Below are positions 46,209-52,616 of a stretch of 55,631 nt of DNA, piece by piece. The first letter of the stretch is position 1. The number at the start of each line of letters is the position of its first letter. The stretch covers positions 1 through 55,631 of the IMG/VR virus record IMGVR_UViG_3300030099_001934, one strand, 5' to 3'. The notes under the pieces are model-generated. The model made no database searches and was not told the origin of the DNA. It was given only the letters and a program-made list of their open reading frames with translations. Origin of the DNA: a virus (lineage: Duplodnaviria; Caudoviricetes). The position numbers and the translations under genes are program-made.

Positions 46209-47822
46209 TTAGTAATTCAAAGAATATAACATGTTACGGTATCTTTGTGAATGGGGGTTGTCACCAAACTCATACAAGCGTTTTTGCTCAGGAGGGGTAT
46301 TCATCCAATTCAAAGCAGCGCCTATGTCTTTGTAGCGTTGGTTGTCATTATCAATAGTCTCTCTAAGTTGTCTATATTGTGTTATGTTAGGAGTATATTC
46401 ACCGAAAGATTGAGGGTCAAGGAATAATTTTTCCTCCATCTCATTCCACGGTTTGAACTGCTCCTTATCATGATAGAGTTGAGTAAAAGAATCAAATTGC
46501 ATTGGTGGTATTTGTTTGAACCGCTGCGCTAATTTGTGATTTGTAGCCTCTTGCATACTTTCAGCGGATGGTCTTAGAAAACTTGGAGTTCTTCTTTTTT
46601 GGTAAATTGTATTTTTTGATGTAACCGGGCCAGCCATTTGACCTAAAGTGCGACCAAAACGCCGTAATTCATGTTCATGACCTACATAGGGGTCAATTGC
46701 TACAAGATTTCCGTCTTCATCATAACCTACATTTTCTTCGTTATCAATTATGTCTCCTATATCTAACGCTCGCCCAAGCGGTGATTCAGTAGAAATTACA
46801 TGATGAAGGTCAAGTAAGTCTCGGTCAAACTTACCCCTCATTCTGTTAAACTCATCCATGTCATCAGGTTCAACAAGATTATTTGGTATTACATTATCAC
46901 TCCTGTCTACTTTTTTTTGCTCGGTTGGAAAAAAGCGAGGGTTGTTTGAACTAATCGGTGTCTCAGGAACAATAGGATAACCGAGTGACGCAAGAGCATT
47001 TAATATAGCCAAAGATGATTTACTTTCGGCTCTACCATAATTAGAAGGAATCTTCTCTACTGTGTTGTCACCAATGAGAGCATATCGGTTAGCACCATAA
47101 CTTATTTTGCCTTCTCTATTATCTCGCCAATCATTAAAAAATGGGTGACCTCCTTCAATTCCTTCAGCATCTACAAACTGGTAAGGTTTACCGTGACTTG
47201 GATTAAGAATCCATTCATTTGGCCCTATCTTTAGTGCTCTTTTCCAAAAGTCAAGTGTCCTATCATCTTTAGCAATCAGTTGAGGTTTGTATGGTTTTTT
47301 CGACTCATTGTTGTAAGGGTGAGTATAGTGTTCATCACCGTCAGGAGTTTTTCGCACCCATGATGTTTCATGTGCTCCATCAATCACGCCTCTATCTACC
47401 ATCTTTTCCCAAAAACCAATTGCTGGTGGGTCTACATGTGTGACATGCACATCGTATGGGTTTTCGTGAATGTCTGTTTCTTCATCATCTCTAAGAGTAT
47501 CAATAAGTTCACTAAGATATTGAGTGCCTCTACCTTGTCCTTGTGCAAACTCGTTATCTCTAATTTCGTAGTGAGAGATAAGCCAATTACCCTCACTGTG
47601 GTCAGGTTTGACTATGGCACGAGCCAATCCATCTTCGGACTCCCACGCTTGCTGAAATGAGTTAGGGTCTAAAGCCCACGACATGTGTTCAAGCATGTCA
47701 TAACGAGGATTCATGGGAGGGTCTTTTACTATACCCTGTTCGTCTCTTTCAAAATCCCCAGTCCCGTCACCATACCACATAGGTGCTTTAATTAAAGACC
47801 ATGCGGTATCAAAAGGTGACAC
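46209..47822 (-). CDS. Tagged protein with GNAT-like and protein-kinase-like domains
   Basis: MSPFDTAWSLIKA; GNAT-like AQGQGRGTQYLSELI...AIGFWEKM; kinase-like ISYGANRYAL...VEKIP...DIIDNEENVG...LVAIDP. Confidence 0.6.
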   Translation of the reverse strand: MSPFDTAWSLIKAPMWYGDGTGDFERDEQGIVKDPPMNPRYDMLEHMSWALDPNSFQQAWESEDGLARAIVKPDHSEGNWLISHYEIRDNEFAQGQGRGTQYLSELIDTLRDDEETDIHENPYDVHVTHVDPPAIGFWEKMVDRGVIDGAHETSWVRKTPDGDEHYTHPYNNESKKPYKPQLIAKDDRTLDFWKRALKIGPNEWILNPSHGKPYQFVDAEGIEGGHPFFNDWRDNREGKISYGANRYALIGDNTVEKIPSNYGRAESKSSLAILNALASLGYPIVPETPISSNNPRFFPTEQKKVDRSDNVIPNNLVEPDDMDEFNRMRGKFDRDLLDLHHVISTESPLGRALDIGDIIDNEENVGYDEDGNLVAIDPYVGHEHELRRFGRTLGQMAGPVTSKNTIYQKRRTPSFLRPSAESMQEATNHKLAQRFKQIPPMQFDSFTQLYHDKEQFKPWNEMEEKLFLDPQSFGEYTPNITQYRQLRETIDNDNQRYKDIGAALNWMNTPPEQKRLYEFGDNPHSQRYRNMLYSLNY

Positions 47823-47828
47823 ATTAAA

Positions 47829-48437
47829 TCAGCCTCTCATTTCTTCTCTTGTAGGATGTGTGATTTTGTGACTTGGTTGAAGACCATATCCTGACATGTT
47901 TCTTCTGTATGCTTCAGGATATTGATTGATAAAACGGCTTGAGTCAAATGGCCCTCCTCGTGCAGCCCTGTCAGGGTTGTGAGAGACTTTATCAGAATCT
48001 TGGTAGCCGGTTCGGACACTACCTACCGGAAAGAAACGCTGGTTATACATGGCTCGGTTAAACTCCGGGCCTTGAGCGATACTCATTCCAGCCTCATGAT
48101 ATTCTTCGGCTGGCATGGGCGGGCTACCAAATATCTCAGCGTGTTCTTTTCTATTTTGGTCTATCTGCATATCAATATCTCTACCCATATCCAAGTTCAA
48201 GTTTGGTGAGATACCTTTGTGTCCGTGGTAATCATCAGTCCTTCGCTGTAACATACCAAGAATAGCAGGGTGAACAGTTCCCAGTGAGCGAGCACCGTAG
48301 CGGTCAATCTCAGGCCTGTTTTCATAATTTAACTCGTAGTCATCAACGACATTTTCACGAGGAGTGCGCTCTACGAACATCTGTTGCTCAGGTAGTGCTT
48401 TTAGCAAGTTCCATGCTTGTGTAAATGCGTCTGTCAT
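47829..48437 (-). CDS. Tagged hypothetical protein
   Basis: Start revised to ATG 48437, giving MTDAFTQAWNLLKAL. Confidence 0.7.
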   Translation of the reverse strand: MTDAFTQAWNLLKALPEQQMFVERTPRENVVDDYELNYENRPEIDRYGARSLGTVHPAILGMLQRRTDDYHGHKGISPNLNLDMGRDIDMQIDQNRKEHAEIFGSPPMPAEEYHEAGMSIAQGPEFNRAMYNQRFFPVGSVRTGYQDSDKVSHNPDRAARGGPFDSSRFINQYPEAYRRNMSGYGLQPSHKITHPTREEMRG

Positions 48438-48442
48438 ATTAA

Positions 48443-49570
48443 TCAATCCCTAAACTCACTCATAAAGTCAGGCTGCATGTTTTCGGGTAGCCTTCGTAAT
48501 TGAGGAGCAATTTCATACATTTGAGCCATAGGTGAGCCGGGTTGAACATTAACTGGATAATTCCCGCTGCGCCCTCCGTATGGGAACTCAAGACTATTAG
48601 ACAATGCAGTTTTCTGTCTCCTTCGCCCTGTATCTGTTGCTGTTCCACCCGATGGTCTTGCTACATAGTCTCCTGAAAAATTATCGCCCGGAACAACACC
48701 TTGCGCTTCATGAGCATCTTTACTGTGCTCTATTTGTTCACGGTAACTTCGGGTCGGGGACATACTTACCTTACCTTGAGGCCCGTAATGTGAATAGGGT
48801 CTATTATCACCACTTTCCGGTAGGTAGTAGTCTTGTTCAAGTTTATGTGGTTCATCCGGCTGCTGTCGCATAAAATCAGGTGCTCCTCGTTGTTCGTTCC
48901 TTTCACGAATCAAGCGAGCAATAATTGGGTTCATTGTGGTCATTTGTCCCGGCATACTCTCACGCCTATTCATAGGATAGGCTGAACTATAATTCGCCAT
49001 TTCACGAATGTTCAGTTCAGGGTCGGCTTTCAACATAGTCCAAGCCTTTGTGAATGGTATACCGTAGTCGTCAGCGAGTCGTTGTAGTTCTGATTCTCTA
49101 ATCCTACCGTATGGGTTATCTTCGCTAAGTGGTCTTGGTGCTACTGTTGGGTGCATCGGCATACCAATTTCTCTTGGGCTTCTTTGAGTCCTCGCTCCAC
49201 GAGTTACCGGAGGCATTAGAGGTGGATTAGGAGGTAGAGTTCGTGGGCCTCCAGCAGTTCTTGCGTATGGCTCGGCATTCATAGGTCGCTGAGATTGAGG
49301 GTTAAGTGGTGGTAGACCCAAATGCTCCCTGTTGGCTTCAGCCATAAACGGATTCAAAGCCGCAAACTCTTCAGTAAAGATAGGTATGTTAGGGTCAGGG
49401 TGGTTAGGGTTGAATGGTATTGGTGCGTTTGGTCTACCATAGCGCTGTTTCATTTGCTGCATGTTTGCGAAGTGGCGCATTTGGTCTTCAGGCATACCAG
49501 CATCCATGTGATGAGGCGAAGGCTGCAAAGCCTTCAAGAAGGAGAAAGCATCTGAAAAAGCATCGGCCAT
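48443..49570 (-). CDS. Tagged two-part Pro-rich hypothetical protein
   Basis: MADAFSDAFSFLKAL at the N-terminus and IPFTKAWTMLKAD internally. Confidence 0.7.
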   Translation of the reverse strand: MADAFSDAFSFLKALQPSPHHMDAGMPEDQMRHFANMQQMKQRYGRPNAPIPFNPNHPDPNIPIFTEEFAALNPFMAEANREHLGLPPLNPQSQRPMNAEPYARTAGGPRTLPPNPPLMPPVTRGARTQRSPREIGMPMHPTVAPRPLSEDNPYGRIRESELQRLADDYGIPFTKAWTMLKADPELNIREMANYSSAYPMNRRESMPGQMTTMNPIIARLIRERNEQRGAPDFMRQQPDEPHKLEQDYYLPESGDNRPYSHYGPQGKVSMSPTRSYREQIEHSKDAHEAQGVVPGDNFSGDYVARPSGGTATDTGRRRQKTALSNSLEFPYGGRSGNYPVNVQPGSPMAQMYEIAPQLRRLPENMQPDFMSEFRD

Positions 49571-49582
49571 AGTCAGTCTGAT

Positions 49583-50102
49583 GCGTAACTACTCTATCAA
49601 ATATACGGAAAACCAAAGGACTACGCAGGGGTCAATTTTTTTTTGTAATTTTTTTTTGCTGGAGCGCTGTGCGTGATGATAAGAAGCGTAACTAAGCAGC
49701 GTAACTACATGCCTCCGGCTAAGCAGGGCGTAACTAAGCGGCGTAACAAGGCACTGCGGCGCTGCTTGGTGCTGGCCTCGTGCAGCGTGGCGCTCGGCTG
49801 AGTTGCCTTGCCGTAACTAAAGGAGCAGCACAACGCTGCGTAGCAGCGTGGCGCTGCGACCACGGCTTGCATCATGCTATCATGAGGGCAGCGTGTAGCA
49901 GGTGGCTTTCTATAGACCGTGACACTGCTCAGCATCATGCTGCTCGGTGCAGCGTTTAGGTTACGCCGCCTCCCGGTTCGGCATTCAGCGCCATGCTCCT
50001 CCAAGCAGTGCAGCGTTATGCCGCAAGCCACGCCCCTTGACCCCCACCCGTATGGGTGGCAACTTAGCCACCCTCCTTATGCCGTAGCCTACGCAGCGTA
50101 AC
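49583..50102. repeat. Cluster of GCGTAAC short repeats in the GC-rich non-coding late/early junction
   Basis: GCGTAAC at 49583, 49686, 49699, 49728, 49741 and 50096; variant CCGTAAC at 49811; inverted copy at 49960; T-runs at about 49637-49657. Confidence 0.75.
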
Positions 50103-50130
50103 AAGAGCACTACGAGCCTGTAAGAGCCTT

Positions 50131-50150
50131 GTTGATATATAAAGCGGCAT
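50131..50150 (+). promoter_or_regulatory. Early promoter, TATA-type, copy 1
   Basis: GTTGATATATAAAGCGGCAT, one of four near-identical copies upstream of plus-strand genes. Confidence 0.8.
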
Positions 50151-50178
50151 TATATCTCAACGCAAGGAGGAACAAGTT

Positions 50179-50985
50179 ATGTCAAACACTAACCCGATTG
50201 AAGCCATACCTGCGAATACCAACCCATCATGGGTCAGCCTTGCTGAGCCTATGTTTAGCGAGGTGAGCACCTTCTTGCGGTCACGCAAGCAGTCACTCAC
50301 TCTCTCCTTCAACCTTGATGTTGAAGCGGGTATACCCACCACTGATGAGCCAGTTACCTACACTCGTGCTCAAGTGCTTTCCTTTGCTCAAGAGTTGCTT
50401 AGCCACTGTGCTCACCGCACAGATATGTCTCAGTTGCCCGAAGACTGCACCGAGTTGGGTGCTAAAGCAGTTGCCAAGTTCTTGTGTGCCAAGTCCACTT
50501 ACAGCGGCAAGTCTGTCCGAATCGTCATCCGTGTATGCAAGGCTATCCGAAGCCAAGTTCGCCAAGACCGCAACGCTGCTCGTCTTGCTGCTGCTCACGC
50601 TGCTGGCACTCACTGGTTCGCTGATGGAGTCGTAGACAAAGAAGGCAACCCACGAACCTTCGTGTCTCGCCGCAAAGCCCGCAGCGCTTACCTACAGATG
50701 ACTGTTGGCAAGGACTGGAGCAAGCAAGCAAACGCTGCTCAGTTGAAGGTTGATGCACTTGCCTTTGTCCGTCAAGGCGCAGTTGATGCACAGACCGCCG
50801 CTGAGACTCGTGCTGCTGCTAACCCAGCACCTGCTCCAGTAGCCACTCAGTCCAGCGTTTCCGCTAAGGTCACCAAAGCCGACCTCGTGAAGAGAGCACA
50901 AGCACTGGGCATGACCGCAGCAGCAGCCAACAAGATGAAGAAAGCGAAACTCGCAGCGCTCGTAACTGCTATGGAGTCCGTTTGA
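50179..50985 (+). CDS. Early Ala-rich protein with C-terminal Rho_N/HeH-like motif
   Basis: SD GGAGG; own promoter and terminator; C-terminal VTKADLVKRAQALGM...KMKKAKLAALV. Confidence 0.75.
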   Translation: MSNTNPIEAIPANTNPSWVSLAEPMFSEVSTFLRSRKQSLTLSFNLDVEAGIPTTDEPVTYTRAQVLSFAQELLSHCAHRTDMSQLPEDCTELGAKAVAKFLCAKSTYSGKSVRIVIRVCKAIRSQVRQDRNAARLAAAHAAGTHWFADGVVDKEGNPRTFVSRRKARSAYLQMTVGKDWSKQANAAQLKVDALAFVRQGAVDAQTAAETRAAANPAPAPVATQSSVSAKVTKADLVKRAQALGMTAAAANKMKKAKLAALVTAMESV

Positions 50986-51065
50986 GTAGGCTCGCAGTGA
51001 CCGTTTTCCAGCCCTAAGAATGACCGAACAAGACCTCAGCCCCACGAGGGGGGCTGGGGCGAACT

Positions 51066-51101
51066 GCCCCTCACGCCATGCGGCGTGGGGGGCTTTTTTT
51101 T
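51066..51101 (+). terminator. Hairpin plus T8 intrinsic terminator
   Basis: GCCCCTCACGCC-ATGC-GGCGTGGGGGGC (12-bp stem, one G:U) followed by TTTTTTTT, 80 bp after the stop at 50985. Confidence 0.75.
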
Positions 51102-51127
51102 ATTTCAAAATCGCTTGTTACGCACGA

Positions 51128-51195
51128 GGGCGAAGCGGCTCGCTTCGCTCGGAGACGGCTAAGCGCCGTCTTTCCCGCAGCCATTCGGCTGCGGG
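51128..51195. other. Three back-to-back GC-rich hairpins
   Basis: GGGCGAAGCG-GCT-CGCTTCGCTC, GGAGACGGC-TAAGC-GCCGTCTTT and CCCGCAGCC-ATTC-GGCTGCGGG, with no spacers between them. Confidence 0.75.
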
Positions 51196-51444
51196 GGATG
51201 CGTTTCCCCTTTCGTTCCATCTACCTATCCATACGGATGGTAACCCCAGTAGTGACCTCGCTGCTGAAAATATCTTACTCAACTGCGAGAGACGCACAGC
51301 CCCAGTGCTGCTTGATATATACCCCTCGCATGATAATTGGCTGCCCTGATTCAACCATGCTTTTTTCCTCGCCCCTATAGTATACGCATAGTATGCGTTT
51401 ATGATTAGATGCTTAACGCATAGACACGGTAGGGAAAGAGTAGT

Positions 51445-51547
51445 GTGTTGTCTAAGTTGTCAGTTGTATTATTCAGATATTATACAATACAATATGAGAA
51501 TATATCATAGTCCAAACAAGACATCGGATTAGTTAGACAACTCGGAC
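51445..51547. repeat. Inverted-repeat element with AT-rich spacer, copy 2
   Basis: TTGTCTAAGTTGTC (51448-51461) and GACAACTCGGAC (51536-51547) flank a 74-bp AT-rich spacer. Confidence 0.85.
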
Positions 51548-51613
51548 TGTTTCACGAGTGCTTGAGTTGAGAAATACTCAGCATGTTTATCTCCTATACA
51601 CTGATGCGTAACC

Positions 51614-51955
51614 ATGTCCGATGACAGAGACGATGCTGAATGGATTACTCCCGACTGGGAGAAGATGTTGAAGGATAAATACGAGAGCGACCTTGACTTC
51701 TTGGAGGAGTTACTCAAGAGCGATGACATAGACCAACATGCAGGTAATGGTATCGTTGCGATGATTGGTTACTTGATGCGTGATGATGTAAAGGACATGC
51801 TTCTCACCACTGTATGTGCTGGCAGTCCAACGCTTGGTGATTCACTGGTTGATGTTCTCAAGTGGGCGCTGGGTGTTGAGTATCATACAGGTCAGCAACT
51901 AACACCAGTCAAGGTAGTGCCAGTGCAAGAGTGCAGGTTCTGTGGGCATGAGTAA
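51614..51955 (+). CDS. Acidic hypothetical early protein
   Basis: 113-aa ORF with C-terminal CRFC; codon style matches its neighbours. Confidence 0.65.
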   Translation: MSDDRDDAEWITPDWEKMLKDKYESDLDFLEELLKSDDIDQHAGNGIVAMIGYLMRDDVKDMLLTTVCAGSPTLGDSLVDVLKWALGVEYHTGQQLTPVKVVPVQECRFCGHE

Positions 51956-51984
51956 GTAACTCCTCACTAAACAAACTGCTCTTT

Positions 51985-52004
51985 GTTAATATATAAAGCA
52001 GCAT
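51985..52004 (+). promoter_or_regulatory. Early promoter, copy 2
   Basis: GTTAATATATAAAGCAGCAT. The ATG at 52019 lies 29 nt from the start of the TATA box, consistent with a leaderless mRNA. Confidence 0.8.
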
Positions 52005-52018
52005 TTGTTAGCCTCATC

Positions 52019-52378
52019 ATGGAAACCGATACCATGATGATAGATGAAACGATGTGCTGCTTAGGATGTGGAGAGACTTACCCTTCTCCTACTGGTTGGG
52101 TGGATGTGATTGATACTGAGACTATGACTGCTGGTGTAGTATGTCATGAGTCTTGTGTGTTTGAAGATGAAGGGTTGATACAGATACCTGCTCATGCCTT
52201 TGCATTAGTAGAGCCTGACATTCCTGAGTGGGCTTACACTGATACAGAAACAACTGAGCCTCAGCCTGTTGCTATGGTTGATGAGGCTAAGGTCATACAG
52301 ATACTTGCGCCGTGGGATTCACCTACTGACATACTCATGTATGAGTTCAACGATGGAGAAGAAGGAGTTGATTACTGA
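52019..52378 (+). CDS. Acidic hypothetical protein with CxxC...CHxxC
   Basis: Start revised to ATG 52019, because the track's TTG start lies inside the promoter. Confidence 0.65.
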   Translation: METDTMMIDETMCCLGCGETYPSPTGWVDVIDTETMTAGVVCHESCVFEDEGLIQIPAHAFALVEPDIPEWAYTDTETTEPQPVAMVDEAKVIQILAPWDSPTDILMYEFNDGEEGVDY

Positions 52379-52581
52379 TGTGGAGACTTGAAGCAGTCAT
52401 TAACTGGGGCGCACAGTTAGGTGAGCCTACAGTCACATGGGAGTTTGCTACTGAGGAGGAGGTAGATGACATGCTCAACTACCTCACTGTTGCACTTAAC
52501 CCACTGGACATTACATGGTGCTACACAAAACAGCAAGCGCCCTTCTCACCATCATTAAGCGCAACAGTGATTGAGGGTTGA
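52378..52581 (+). CDS. Small hypothetical protein
   Basis: 67 aa; TGATG overlap; GGAG upstream. Confidence 0.6.
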   Translation: MWRLEAVINWGAQLGEPTVTWEFATEEEVDDMLNYLTVALNPLDITWCYTKQQAPFSPSLSATVIEG

Positions 52582-52596
52582 TATATAAAGCAGCAT
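52577..52596 (+). promoter_or_regulatory. Early promoter, copy 3
   Basis: GTTGATATATAAAGCAGCAT upstream of the helicase ATG at 52617. Confidence 0.8.
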
Positions 52597-52616
52597 ATAA
52601 TAGGAGAGTGATTACA

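Noticed and set aside
6996-49555. Numerous plus-strand ORFs antisense to late genes
   Set aside because: They overlap well-supported minus-strand genes and have antisense-type S/L/F-rich composition. Only 37186-37461 has a credible motif.
39500-49605. A consensus late promoter (TTTTCAATAA, TTTTGTTCAT, TTTTATCAAG, TATTTGATAG about 20-33 nt upstream of ATGs at 39483, 45767, 46170, 49570)
   Set aside because: The positions fit leaderless TATA-like boxes, but the sequences are too degenerate to support a motif without TSS data.
49583-50102. CRISPR or mini-CRISPR array
   Set aside because: The repeats are only 7-13 bp with irregular spacing, there is no repeat-spacer periodicity, and no cas genes are present.
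50990-51210. tRNA or known self-cleaving ribozyme in the hairpin region
   Set aside because: I found no T-loop/anticodon cloverleaf and no hammerhead CTGATGA...GAAA core; an Rfam search would be needed to exclude other classes.
49705-51380. ORFs 49705-50031, 49919-50101, 51020-51349, 51078-51380 and 51118-51354
   Set aside because: They arise from GC-rich repeat and hairpin DNA that is poor in stop codons; they have no SD, and some cross the terminator.
51983-52616. Track starts MLIYKAA (51983) and MIYKAA (52578) as a shared N-terminal peptide
   Set aside because: This is the promoter motif translated from a TTG; the real starts are ATG 52019 and ATG 52617.
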